From the NCBI RefSeq assembly GCF_004010195.1, contig NC_057718.1:102570231-102622503 (forward strand): a DNA stretch of 52,273 nt. Direction: 5' to 3'. Positions 25,835-38,701 of the stretch are shown here, in pieces; within the stretch, counting starts at the first letter, position 1, and every line of letters starts with the position of its first letter. Source of the stretch: Chiloscyllium plagiosum. Its lineage: Eukaryota. Both the position numbers and the translations under genes were made by a program. The notes below the pieces were generated by a model. That model had not been told where the DNA came from and ran no database searches. It was given only the letters and a program-made list of their open reading frames with translations.

Positions 25835-26700
25835 ATGTTACAGTACAGGAACAGGCTCTTTGGCCATCTAAGCCTGCGCCAATCCAGATTTCTCTAAACC
25901 TGTCACCTGTTTTCTAAAGGTCTGTATCCCCCTGCTCCCTGTCCATTCGTGTATCTGTCTAGATACATCTTAAATGATGCTATCATTTCTGTCTCTGCCA
26001 CTTCAGCTGGTAATGTGTTCCAAGTACCCACCACTGTGTAAAAAACGTTCCACGCATATTTCCCCTAAACTTTTCCCCTTGCTTCGAGCTTAGACCCCTA
26101 GTAATTGAGTCCCCCACGCTGGGAAGAAGTTTCCTGCTATCCACCCTGTCTATACCCCTTATGATTTTGTAGACCTCAATCAGTTCCCCCCTCAACCTCT
26201 TTCTACTCATCCTCTCTTCATAGCTAGCATCCTCCGTACCAAGCAATATCCTAATGAATCTCCTGTGCACTCTCCCCAAAGTATCCACATCCTTTTGGTA
26301 ATGTGGCAACCAGAGCTGTACTCAGTATTCCAAATGTGGCTGAACCAAAGTCCTATGGAACTGTAACATGATCTGCTAACTCTTGTACTCGGTACCCCAG
26401 CCAATGAAGGAAAGCATGCTGTATGCCTCCTCGACCAATTTATTGACCTGCATTGCCGCCTTCAGGGAACAATGGACCTGAACACCCAGATCTTTCTACA
26501 TAGTTTCCTCAGGACTTTTTCGTTTACTGTATAGTTCGCTCTTGAATTGAGTCTTGCAAAATGCATCACCTCACATTTGCCCAGATTGAACTGCATTTGC
26601 CATTTCTCTACCCAATTCTTTAATCTATCTATATTCTTCTGTATTCTCTGAACGTCCTCTTCACTATCTGCTACTCCATCCATCTTAGTGTCATCTGCCA
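25835..26700 (-). mobile_element. CR1 LINE, RT C-terminus to 3' end
   Basis: ORF track ADDTKMDGVADSEEDVQRIQ..WQMQFN..KCEVMHF and RLRGELIEVYKIIRGIDRVD. Confidence 0.9.
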
Positions 26701-26886
26701 TCTGGTTGCAGAGGCTTATGTCATAAATTATCCAGTTGGATTTTTTGTTTCAAAGTGCATAGCCACTTCCAAATGTTTCTCTATCATGTCATGTTTTAGC
26801 CTTTTTGTATGGTTTTGTAATAGAAGTTGATGTTGAAGCAAGATATATCATTTATATCAACTGGCACAATTTGCTGGCTATTGGTC

Positions 26887-27144
26887 TTAGATTAGATTCC
26901 CTAGTGTGGAAACAGGCCCTTAGGCCCAGCAAGTCTACACCAACCCTCTGAAGAGCAATCCCCCCCCCAGACCCATTCCCCTACATTTACCCATGACTAA
27001 TGCACCTAACACTATGGGCAATTTAGCATGGCCAATTCACCTAACCTGCACATCTTTGGACTGTGGGAGGAAACCCACACAGACAGTCGCCCGAGGCTCT
27101 GGTGCTGTGAGGCAGCAGTGCTAACCACTGAGCCACCGTGCCGC
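26887..27144 (-). mobile_element. HE1-like V-SINE
   Basis: Ends 'gtgaggcagcagtgctaaccactgagccaccgtgccgc', the reverse complement of the SINE head. Confidence 0.9.
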
Positions 27145-28254
27145 ACCTCTTAACTGCTGAGCTTCACCACATCCATTTGAATGATTGACGACTAGATGTT
27201 TTGCTGTTGTGCGCAATTTCCTGCTGTGAGCTTAGTGGGATCTTTGGAATTTGTCATTTACTGAGAGCTGTCAAGGGTTGAGGGTCGAATTGTCCTTAAC
27301 CCTTATTGCTTCTCCATTTTAAATATCTCTTTTTAGATATTTTTCAATCAACAAAATGTGCAAGGGAGTGCATCAGTCCATTAAAACAAACATATGTGAG
27401 GGTAACTGCATAATCTATTTTGATCTCCTCAGTGTTCAGCTGATATAATTAATATCTTAAGGTGAGCATGTTTTCTTTGTTTGAAACATCCCTGATCCTT
27501 CACTTCCTCTTGTCTTCCAAACAGGACCACCCTCCTCTTGCATGAGGGGTGACGGGAGGGGTGGGGCTAGGTTTTCATGGCTTGTCATGTATCTCCAACA
27601 GCCTGTATCTGTTCTGAAATGTCTGGTCAATCCATGGTCTCATTTTTCATGTTTCATTTTAGATGTTGCTTCCTTCTATTGTTTGTGAAAGGCTATGGAT
27701 TTGAACAATATACAGTCCAAACTGTTCTTGTACATGGAATCAAAAGTGTCTAAAGTATAGAAGCTGTCATGGTGTGTTTGATCTGAAAGCACCAAGTCCA
27801 TTCAATCATTAAACAAAACAATGTCCAAATCTCTACCTGCACTGGCTAAAGATTAATTGGCTTTTTGTTCGCTCAAATGCACGAAAGCCAGACTCCTCAA
27901 CTCCTTGGATAGAACAAGGATTTGATTAATCTCTGTAGCAGCTGGGTCATATGACAATCGACTGAAGCTTGGAGTTAGTAACCAATGTATTGTCTGGGTC
28001 TGCTGTCAGCATTGCACCAGCAGAGACTGGATCAAGATGGCTAAGGCCAGGGCAAGCAAGAACCTGGGTGAGCAGCATGTTAAAGAGCTACTTCTGAATT
28101 TAGATTGGCATGGAGAGGAACATTTGTATACCTGGAGTTTGAATCTTCATCCATCCTATAGTTTTGTGAAGAAAATGGAGCTACTTTCCAACTCCTTTTG
28201 GTGGTTACAGCGTTGTATGCAAAAGATATTAATACACCGATTTTATTTTTTCAG

Positions 28255-28431
28255 TTGATGCTGATGAGATTAAACGGCTAGGAAAGCGGTTTAAGAAACT
28301 GGATTTGGACAATTCTGGCTCATTGAGTGTAGAAGAATTTATGTCCCTACCCGAGTTGCAACAGAACCCTCTAGTGCAACGGGTTATAGATATATTTGAC
28401 ACCGATGGAAATGGTGAAGTTGACTTTAAAG
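28255..28431 (+). CDS. PPP3R1: Calcineurin subunit B type 1, coding exon (exon 3 by human numbering; EF1-EF2)
   Basis: ttttcAG|TTGATGCT...TTTAAAG|GTaagg; 177 nt; (F)[58 protein letters not shown]. Confidence 0.98.
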
Positions 28432-29869
28432 GTAAGGTCCTTTTCAGCAATTAAGTTTGAAAACGTTTTTGAGCAAAATGTTTAATTTTCAAAAAGTTTT
28501 AGTTTCGTGTCTGCATTTCTGCTTGCTCTTTAAAAGGAAACCTATGAATATAAAGTGTTCATGTAAAAATTATATTATTGCATTGCTTAATAAATAAATT
28601 CAAGTTGTTTGTTAACATTACTCAAGAAAGGTTTATTATGTTTAGAATTTTCTGCATAGGAAAATGTGCTTACTGAAATTAAGAAGATAAAACATATTAT
28701 TCATCTAATTTTGAAAATCTGGTTTGGAGAATTTGTACTGCAGACCTTAAACTAGAAATTCCAAATTTAAATTATTCAACTGTTGAAGCAAGGTGTTTAA
28801 TGTTAGGGAAATGGTGATAATTCATCAATGATTCATCTTCACTTTTATTTACCCTTTAATGTGAGCTGTGTATTGAATCTTAATATACTAATAAGGATTC
28901 AAGCTTAATTTATCGTTTGTCAAAATTGTATTGTAAGGCACATTTTTCAGTACTAAAATAGATGAGTATGTATTAACAGAGCTCCATAGAATTAATACGT
29001 TCTCAAGCACATAATTCAATGTGCCACAAAATCAAAAGCATCTTTTTAGTACGAGTGCAATTGTTTAGTTACCAAGTATATTGTTCTATGTTCTATATAT
29101 GTTAAGTACATTAGTGTATCTGAATTTTTAAACATAGCCGTTGGGAAAGTCATGGATTTGGGACAGTATTTAATATTTTATCACCTATTCCAAGAATATT
29201 TGATGGGCTTTCTGGATATCCTTTAAAATTATATTAAATTTGTATGATTTGAGTAAATTGAATTTGTAATATTTAATATGTTGGTAATTTCAGCATTGCA
29301 CCTTCGATTTCAAAAGGTTCCAATCTGTGTATCAATTTTATACAGTTGAGCTGCTAAATTTCAAGTGAAGTATACCAATTTTTAACCATGCCTATTTTAT
29401 CAACATCCCTATTTCATTTCCCTATATTTTGCAATGTAGCAATCGAGTTATAATTTGATGTACAAAACAAATCAGATTTTGTTTGATAAAAGCTAATTAA
29501 AAAATAGAAAAATGAACAAACTGCTTCAACACTGATTGTAGATGTATTAGGTTTTATCATTGGAAACTTTAAAATCTTTAACAATCAAGTTAAAACTCTG
29601 AAGATTAAACTTTTTTTTTAAAACTCAAAATAGATTAAAAATTGTTTGGGAGATGGGGCTCTTCAGGATCAAAAAATAGTTGTATTCCATAGGGGAAACT
29701 TTCTTGCTTCAACTTGGCTCCTCTGTTCAAATGATTGAAACATAAACGTTGTGATTACTTCAAATACAGTTTAATAGAAACAATTTTTTTAAAACCATGC
29801 CTGAAATTGTGCAAATGCCAAGAGATATGTCACTGATTCGGTAAACCATATTTGCCTGTGCTTTAATTA

Positions 29870-30088
29870 TTTCGGGTTGGTTAGCTTTGTTAGCTGCACG
29901 CTGGTTTGTAAGGCAGAATAATGCCAAGAGTGTAGATTCAATTCCTACTCTGAGGTTACCATGAAGGGCTCTCTTTCTCAAACACTCCCCTTGCCTGACG
30001 TATGGTGATCCTTGGGTTAAACAATCACCAGTTATCTCTGTGTAATAAGAGGGAAGCCCTATGATCCAGAAAGAACTATGGGACCTTT
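29870..30088 (+). mobile_element. Decayed tRNA-derived SINE
   Basis: 'ttagctttgttagctg..gctggtttgt...gattcaattcc..ctgaggttaccatgaagg...gggttaaacaatcaccag'; a recognisable shark-type SINE layout. Confidence 0.55.
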
Positions 30089-32063
30089 TATCTTTTATTT
30101 ATGTCTAGAGATCAATTCAGCTAATTTAAGAATTGTTTATCAGACATTGATGCAAGTTTATATTTGATGCAACTAATGGAATATTTCTTCAGTTGTTTTG
30201 TCTCAACTTGTTAAGTTCATTTCACAAATGTTCCTTTACCTATAATTTCCTAGATTTAAAGGAATGAATAGTGTCTTTTGTTTTTCTAAGAATAAATCTA
30301 TCTTCAGGACAGGTATTAGAAGTACAGTTTTAGTTCAGAAGTCCTTAATACAAATTGACTTAAATTACTCAAGTAGTTTACGATTGTAAAAGGAGCCAGT
30401 TTCTCCCAAAAAATTATGTTCTGAGTGTTAGATTTCTACCCAGATTGAGATGTGACTGACAAGTATAGTCAGTTTGCATCAGCCTTAAGCTGGTTTCATC
30501 TCCCATCTGGTCATGTGAAGTCTTTTGATGTAATTCCCTGAGACCTTGAATAGGATTTAGTTGAAGGTAATGTAAAGCTCCACTTCCATGGTTATAAAAA
30601 TAACACTCAATAATCTGAGCTTGACGCACAGCAAGGGATAGCCTGCCTTTGTTTGACATTTTCTAAACCGTAAATAGTTTAGAATGATTTGCTACATCAT
30701 CTGGCAGAATGTTTGTTAATTTTGGAATGTTAGGTGCAATAGATATTACATTGGGAGTCCTGACGTTTGCTGAATGAAATGCTTAGGTGATTCCATAGGA
30801 ATAAATGGTGAGGGTTTGCATTTCACCATCTCCATAAGGATGTTGAATATAGTCTTAAACTTATCAACTTATTCTATCCTACTATATGAATGCAGCAAAG
30901 TACCATTATTATAACATAGAGGAGAAATTAATTTGCTTCAAGCAACTTTCACTCAAAGGTGCAGGCTCAGGTCTTCCTTTTGGTTGAGGCGTGGGTGAAA
31001 ATATGGTTGCGATTGGCAGAATTTATTTGAGGTCCTTTTTTAAAAATGGATGTTTGAGGAAATTGCTGCAGTTAGTGCTTCTAAGTGTTACTTTTACATT
31101 TAGGGTAAACTCTTTTAGGATGGACTTGTTTAAAGAAAAAATAAACCTACCACATTAACAATTCCACTAAATGTGGTGAAAACATTTTAAACCTCTTAAG
31201 GTAATACTGCTAACAATTTTATGCAAGTCAATGTTTAAATATTTCAGGTGTACTCGTCCTGTTCTCCTTTTTTCTCTGTGAATGTTTCCAAAACATTCAA
31301 GATGGTGACCTCGAGCCAGTTCTGTAACGCTGTGCTGAATTTTCTACTGAAGGATACTAACATTGTAGTATCTATTTTGGTATAAATTGTCTTAACTGAG
31401 GAGGTAGGAATGTCTCCAGGAGAGTAACACCATACTAGTGAAGCAGATTGCAATGACAATGTCAAACCAAGGACAAGCAGCATCAGATTTTTTTTTTTAA
31501 CTTCTCAGGCTTGTCGTGGTATTTGTATAATGGACCCATTGATGTGTGATAATCCTAAATGAGCTAGTGTAATTTGTAAGGCAACAATTATCTAAGATGT
31601 ACTGCAGTGCATTGTGCTACTTACAAGGTGCTGCTTGATCTGTAAATGACACACCTGTATTTCTTTTAGTCCCTCTTTTTTTTTCCTGCACCTGCACAGT
31701 AGTTCAGGATAGATATTGTGATTTAGTGCGTGCATGCATGCATGACGCTCAACCTAGTGGTGGTGTTGCCACATGTGCAGTCTTTCTCTATTTGTATTTT
31801 TTAAACTTGAAATTCTGTACTTTCTATTCCAGTACTAAAATCGTAGAGGTATACAGCATGGAACAAACCCTTCAGCCAACTCATCCATGCCAACCTGATT
31901 TTCAAAACTGCACAAGTCCCATTTGCCTGCATTTGGCCCATATCCCTCTAAATCTTTCATTTTATATTTTACTATCTGCTTCCCTGTTGACTTTCAGATG
32001 ACTGGCCTCTGCAGACTGACAGTCCTGGATGATTGAGCTTTTGAGATGTGAAATTGCTAATAT

Positions 32064-33281
32064 GGGATGTAAATTTGCTCGCTGAGCTGTAGGTTTGATA
32101 TCCAGATGTTTCATTACCTGGCTAGGTAACATCATCAGTGGCGACCTCCAAGTGAAGCGAAGCTGTTGTCTCCTTTCTATTTATGTGTTTGTCCTGGATG
32201 GAGTTCCTGGGGTTTGTGGTGATGTCATTTCCTGGTTTTTCACCCCCCCCCCCCCCACCATCAATCACATTGCTAATGAAAACATCATGAAGCTAGTGGA
32301 CCTGTGCCTCACCACCCACTTTCACCTTCAACAACATAATCTACAAACAAACCAACGGCACACCCATGGGATCTCCGCTATCAGTATTTATAGCAGAAGC
32401 GGTAATGCAGAGACTAGAACAAACAGCCCTACCAACCATCAAACCAAAAATCTGGGTCCACTATGTAGATGACACCTTTGTCATCACAAAATGAAACAAG
32501 ATAGAAGAGACATTTAACATCATCAACAACACATTCACAGGCATAAAGTTCACCAAGGAGGAAGAAACCGACAACAAACTCTCATTCCTGGACGTCACAG
32601 TCAAAAGAGAGGACAACGGAGGACTACAAACCTGCGTATACAGAAAACCGACAAACACTGACCAAATACTTAACTACACCAGCAACCATCCCACCCCTCG
32701 GAATCCTAGTAGCACACAAACCCACCAACATACTCAAACAAAAACTAACAAACTTAAAAGACCCAGTACATCCCATGGACAAAACCAACGTTATCTACAA
32801 AATTCCATGCAAGCACTGCCACAAACACTACGTAGGACAAACAGGAAGAAAGTTAGCCAGGATATACGAACACAAGCTATCCACAAAAAGACACGACCCT
32901 CTCTCCCTCGTAGCCCTACACACGGATGAAAAAAAAACACCATTTTGACTGGGATAACACCTCTATCCTGGGACAGGCTAAGCAAAGAGATGCCAGAGAA
33001 TTCCTAGAGCACTCCAACCACAACGCCATAAACACACACACAGATCTAGACACCATCTATCAACCCCTCAGAAAATGAACAGGAAATGACATCACCACAA
33101 ACCCTAGGAACCCCATCCAGGAGAAAGATATAAATAGAAAGTAGGAGACAACCGCTTCGCTTCATTTGGAGGTTGCCACTGATGTTACCTAGCCAGGTAA
33201 TGAAACGTCTGGATATCAAACCTACAGCTCAGCGAGCAAACCTACACCCTAAACCTCAACCTGAGCTACAAACCTTGCAAC
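32064..33281 (+). mobile_element. 5'-truncated Penelope/Poseidon-like retroelement (RT plus GIY-YIG remnants) with inverted 5' pseudo-LTR
   Basis: RT: YKQTNGTPMGSPLS..IWVHYVDDTFVI. GIY-YIG: KTNVIYKIPCKHCHKHYVGQTGRKL. Frameshifts and stops present. Inverted arms at about 32064-32240 and 33080-33250; TSD TGCTAATAT at 32055-32063 and 33282-33290. Confidence 0.93.
32102..32141 (-). ncRNA. Minimal hammerhead ribozyme motif in the inverted pseudo-LTR
   Basis: - strand CCA-CUGAUGA-U-GUUACC-UAGCCA-GGUAAU-GAAAC-AUC-UGG: stems I and II pair; the triplet is AUC, versus GUC in the + strand copy at 33176-33212. Confidence 0.6.
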
Positions 33282-34399
33282 TGCTAATATATTGTCCTGT
33301 TTCAGTTCCATAATGGGGAATGGTGTTGCTCCTTTTCAATGAATATCTGGTATAAGTACTTGAAAAAAGTGGTTTTCTTTAAAGTATTTAACATTGTTAC
33401 AGGCATGCTCAAAGCAAGAAACACTTTGGCTTAAATTTGAAAAACATGGCCCCAAAGGGCTTGTACAGGTTTTGTCCGTGATGAGCTCATCAGTTGCTGT
33501 AATTAGTCATATGCTGAATTTGGTTCACTTGGGCTCTGAGGGATCTGTCTTATTCTTTGACATTCCCTTTGTTTGAGACAGTTACTTACACTGTATACAT
33601 TTCTTTCCCTTATCCACAGGCGAGGCTACAGTTTGCGTTGTTATGGATTATTTGGAATCTTTCATCTTAGGTAGAATTTTGCATATAGTTGACATGGTAT
33701 TTTGAGCATTGGAATTATGTAAATGTTGAGCTAGCTGATATTTAATTGTTTAGAAGTACGGAAGCTTAGTTTTGGTCAAAGAGACATGCTATTGAAGTTT
33801 TTCATCTTGCCCTCATTAGGACAGAATCTCAAGAGTATCAAATCTCGGGGCAACATCTCACCTTGTATGAGAAGATTGTTTGGTTGGCACATGGAATTTG
33901 ATTCTTAGAGGTGTTACCATAGAGAATATGCCAAGGAATAGTTAACTACCAACCTTTCATTTAAACTTAAACCAGGCAGCTCTGCTTTGGTCAAGGTATT
34001 GCCATGGTAAATACACAAGGGAATATTTGGCCCATAAGCTTTTGTTTATCTGCAAAGGTGCAAGTGGACTTGTTAATTCTGTTTGCAAAGATTAGAGCCC
34101 CGCATGTGAATATGTGGCTACTAATATTTATACCAATTTAAGTATTCAAGTTCCAACAAGTGCAACTTGTATGTACTTGAAAAATTTGGATAACTACCAC
34201 ATAAATGCCGGTTATAACATTTTGGTTTTACAGGCACCAAGATACTGCAACTTACATTTGAGTTCATGTTTTCAGAAATTGGTAACTGATGTAGTGTTAT
34301 ATTATCTTTAATCTTGGATTATTGCATCACAGAATTGGTATGATGCAATAAGAACCTGTTAGCTCCTTGTCTGTGCCAGCTCTCCAACATAATGTTTAG

Positions 34400-35070
34400 A
34401 ATATAAAGAGTGTCAGGGCATTCCTAAGAGGCAGATCAGGAAGGCAAAGAGAGTATATGCAATAGTTTTGAAAATAGGGTTAACGATAATCATTGCTCAC
34501 TCCTTTTGAGAGTAGCAGTTTGGGATATTATGTGGAGGTTCTACAGGATGTTATTGAGGCCTATTCTGGAGTTGTGTGCACAGTTTTAGCCTCCCTGTTA
34601 TAGGAGGATTTTATTAAGCTGGAGGGGGTTCACAAGATTTTTGAGGATGTTGCCAGGAATGAAGGGTTTAAGATATGAGAGACCCTGCATAGGCTGGGAC
34701 TTTTTTTCACTAGAATGTAGGAAATTGAGAGGTGACTTTATAGTGGCTTATAAAATAATGAAGAATATAGGTAAGGTGAATGGCAGGTGTCTTTTCCTGA
34801 AGGTGGAGGATTTCCAGACTAGGGGGTATATTTTTCAAGGTGAGAGAAAAGAAATTTTAAAGACATAGGCAATTTTTTTGTTTAAACACAATGGTTCATG
34901 TGTGGAATGAACTTCCAGAGGAAGTGGTGGATACAGGTATCATTGCAATGTTTAAAAGACACGTGGATAAATACATGAGCATCAAGTGTTTAGAGGGATA
35001 TGGCCCAGGCAAAGGCAGGTGGGACTAGATTGTTTCTGATAGAGTCAGCAGGGATTGGTTGGAGTGGAGG
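34400..35070 (+). mobile_element. CR1 LINE 3' region
   Basis: ORF track RMLPGMKGLRYER..FFSLECRKLRGDFIVAYKIMKNI. Confidence 0.85.
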
Positions 35071-35606
35071 ATACTCAGTGACTCGTTTTTATATTTTGAC
35101 TGAATATTGAACAAAACCAGTGCCTGAACTCCTCCTCAAAAAGATGTCAGCATTTTTAACTGGGAGAAATGTTGAGTAGCTAGTGTATTTATTAGGTCTG
35201 GAAATTAATTGATGGACTAAAAAAGCAAGGGTGATGTGAGAAAAAGCATTTTCACTCGAGGTAGCAGTTAGATTGCACTGCCTGGAAGTGCGGTAGAGGA
35301 AGGCTCAATTTGGGGCATTCAGGGGGGCATTGGATGGTTAATTGGAGAAAAAATAGTAAGCGAGGGCATAGTGAGAAAGCAGGTGGTTGGCACTAGATGA
35401 TTTGAATGCAGGCATGATGGACTGAGTGGGCTTTGCATCATAAGACTTCTGCAATTCTTTGAAAAGTTTGAAATGTTGAATTGGGTGAGTGAAATTGAAA
35501 TGAGTTGTTGAATTTGTCTGAACTTTAGGGTACTTTCTGCCTCTAATTTTGTTTGTTGGTTCTGTGTGGCGTGTTTAAAGTGGTCTCTCCACATCCAATA
35601 CAATGG

Positions 35607-35898
35607 ACTCCCTACAGTGTGGAAACAGGCCCTTCAGCCCATCAAGTCCACACAGACCCATTCCCCTACCCTATATCTACCCCTGACTAATGCACCTAAC
35701 ACTATGGGCAATTTAGCATGGCCAATCCACCTGACCTGCACATCTTTGGACTGTGGGAGGAAACCGGAGCACCCAGAGGAAACCCACCCAGACACGGAGA
35801 ATGTGCAAACTCCACACGGGCAGTCACCAAAGGCTGGCATCGAGCCTGGGACCCTGGTGCTGAGGCAGCAGTGCTAACCACTCAGCCACCGTGCCGCC
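35607..35898 (-). mobile_element. HE1-like V-SINE
   Basis: 'gggaggaaaccggagcacccagaggaaaccc...tgcaaactccacac...gtgctaaccactcagccaccgtgccgcc'. Confidence 0.9.
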
Positions 35899-37142
35899 TT
35901 ATGTGTAGATTAAATGTTGCACTTCAGTCATAAGCAGCATCAAAATGTGCAGGTGCTATAATTATAATTCTAAAAGTTTCAAATCCTAACGTACCATCCT
36001 GCAGAAGGTTTGACAAAATGAGTCAAATAGTTTGAGAGTTAATTTGGATGCTATCAGTCACTGTTTCACTTTTGTAATTTAAGTGTAAAAGACAGGACAG
36101 CAGGAATAAATGGTTTTTTTTTCCACCTCCTTGGGTTGAAGGCAGTAGTTCTTTGCCAAAGCTTGCTTTGTCAGTAACAATTAACTGTTTTACAAACTAT
36201 CAGACCCTCTAGTTGGAGAATCAAGTCACTGCTGTGTGGTTCTGCTAATATGATTTAGTGAAAAGGTTGTGTATGGAGGAGCAGCTTGTAAACAGCAGGG
36301 TGTGTGCATTCAAATTTGCCCAATGACTGCAGAACTGCTTGACCATTGGAATCAGGAGGGCCTGAGTGTACATTCCCCAGCCTATAGTTTGTGACTGGTG
36401 GCTCTGGACTCTGGAGTGGCATAGGACCCAACTGAAGCCCCTGTTAAGAATGAGCTTCCTTGAATCAATTTGCATCCAACCAATTTTTAAAATATTTTCT
36501 GTTCAAAAAGTTGTGAAATGCATAATTGTTCTATTTTAATTTCACAAAGGCAGGCTTTAAATTTAATATCTTGTTGTGTTTGTGCAGTGCTGAAGACAAT
36601 TAGACTTCGAGTAACCAGACAGTATTGTTATAAGTAGGGAATAGGACATCACTCCCTGTTGTTAATGTGCAATACAGAAAACTCTCCTCGTATTGGGCAA
36701 AGGGACTTCAGATATGTTTGGCAACAGTTTTTTTTCATAAAAGGCCATTCTTCAGAAGGTGTGATGTATTTTATTGTCATTGCTACAACTTACTGAGATT
36801 CAGCAAGAGAGTGCACTCTATACCCTCCAATGAAAAATAACCATCCATCTGCATAATTGATAGTTAAGGTAAGATAAAACACATGAAACAGTCAAAATGA
36901 GTGAAGCAGTCAAGATGAGAAACTGGTTGCTCATTTGTTTGCATAAATTTATGCATGCTCAGTTTGGACTCAATGCAGTATTTGTTCTTCATGGAATAGT
37001 TTTCCAAGATGTTTCTCCACCCATATGTGAATGTGTGATGAACGCTATCAGTTCACCAAGGAGGAAGCTTTCCTTAAAATAAGGGTTAAACTTAGATTCA
37101 GTTTAACCCTTTTAAGTAAAAGCTGGTCTCTTAGTGAGCAAA

Positions 37143-37262
37143 AGGGAACCTCTTGTAATGCACTGGTAGTGTCCTGAACCATGGACTGGAAGGCCCGTGT
37201 TCAAGTCTCACCTGTTCCTGAGGTGTGAAAATATCATCGCTGAACAGGTGAATGAGAAAAAT
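37143..37262 (+). mobile_element. Short tRNA-derived SINE
   Basis: 'gcactggtagtgtcc...ggcccgtgttcaagtctcacctg...ctgaacagg'; related to 10478-10580. Confidence 0.5.
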
Positions 37263-37460
37263 GGGTTAAAGTTAGCTAGAATACGATGCTAGTTTGAAGA
37301 CTCCCTGAATTTGGATGTTGAGTATAATAACCATGTATTTACAAAGCATTTTGAAACAATTGGAATGCAATGTTTGATTATTGTTTAAAAATGATTAGTT
37401 TCTTTTGTGATTGGTTGTTTCAAAGTATCAACCAACTCTGTTATGGAATTGTTCTTGTAG

Positions 37461-37520
37461 AGTTTATTGAAGGCGTCTCCCAATTTAGTGTCAAAGGTGA
37501 TAAAGAACAGAAATTGCGAT
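37461..37520 (+). CDS. PPP3R1: Calcineurin B coding exon (exon 4)
   Basis: ttgtAG|AGTTTATT...TTGCGAT|GTaagt; 60 nt; (E)FIEGVSQFSVKGDKEQKLR; phases match the neighbouring exons. Confidence 0.98.
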
Positions 37521-38052
37521 GTAAGTATGATTTTAGTGTACTTGAATTTTGAGTGATTAATGCATATTTCCTTTGACTGCATTGCTTATTGTTTGGTACT
37601 GAAGGTAATTGAAATATTTGTGGACTTAACCATTTAAAGTTCGAAAGAGGATAAAGCCACTCCATTTTAATTTTAATTTTGAACCTTCTGGGTATTGATT
37701 GACCTAAGCTGAGTGAGAAGTACTCTTTTCCCCTGATCCAGGAAGCCAGTGAGCTCAAGCCCAACTCTAGGGATGTGAACACATAATTTTGACTGCCACT
37801 TGTGTAATAATATTCAGGAAGTGCAGCATTATTAAAGTTATAGCCAAGTTTACTTTCAGTTGCCAGGAAACTCAACTCTGGAATTCCCTCCGTGTCTTCC
37901 TTAACCCTTTACTTTTCTCCTTGAAGATATTTTTTGTTTGAAACACAACCTCTCTGCCCAAGCTTTAGTTAATCTGACTATTTTATAATGCTATTGCAAA
38001 ACACCTTTGAGCACACTATTATGTTAAAGGTGCTATATAAGTTGTCAGTTAA

Positions 38053-38254
38053 GTCATAGAATCCCTACAGTGCAGATTAGAGGTCATTTGACTGATCGAG
38101 TTTCCCAACAGCATTTCGCTCAGACCAGAGCACCTGGCAGAAACCAGGCAGACTCTGGGAGAACATACAAACTCCATAGTCACCCAAGGCCAGAATTGAA
38201 CCCGGGTCCGTGGTGCTGAGGCAGCAGTGTTAACCTTTGTGCCACTGTGTTGCC
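38053..38254 (-). mobile_element. Decayed HE1-like SINE
   Basis: 'gaattgaacccgggtccgtggtgctgaggcagcagtgttaacc..tgtgccactgtgttgcc'. Confidence 0.75.
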
Positions 38255-38516
38255 GTAGAAACTATTTTAAAATGAATATTAGCTGAATACTTCAAAAATG
38301 TTCAGACACATCTTGAAATTTATATTGTTACTCTTCATGTGGTAGAAAATGCATTTTCCCCCATTATGAATTAATGATCATCTGCTCAAATGTATTTTCA
38401 ACCCAAAGGTGAAAGTAACTCAAAATTGTCTAGAAGATTCCTAAAGTAAAACCTTTAAAATTGAGTTTTACAGTGTCATGACTGCAACAGCAATTCAAAC
38501 TATTTTTCTTTTTCAG

Positions 38517-38701
38517 TTGCTTTCCGCATCTATGACATGGATAAGGATGGGTACATCTCTAATGGAGAGCTTTTCCAGGTGTTGAAGATGATGGTGGGGA
38601 ACAATCTAAAAGACACTCAGCTACAGCAAATTGTAGACAAAACCATAATTAATGCAGATAAAGATGGAGATGGGAGAATATCTTTTGAAGAGTTTTGTGC
38701 A
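38517..38701 (+). CDS. PPP3R1: Calcineurin B coding exon (exon 5; EF3-EF4)
   Basis: ttttcAG|TTGCTTTC...TGTGCA|GTaagt; 185 nt; (F)[61 protein letters not shown]. Confidence 0.98.

Noticed and set aside
28037..28258. Upstream ORF as an alternative N-terminus of exon 3
   Set aside because: It is in a different frame from exon 3, and the exon 3 frame has a TAA at 28230-28232.
30444..30566. Possible poison exon (cccAG|ATTGA...GAAG|GTaatg)
   Set aside because: Short pyrimidine tract with a competing AG just upstream; nothing else supports it.
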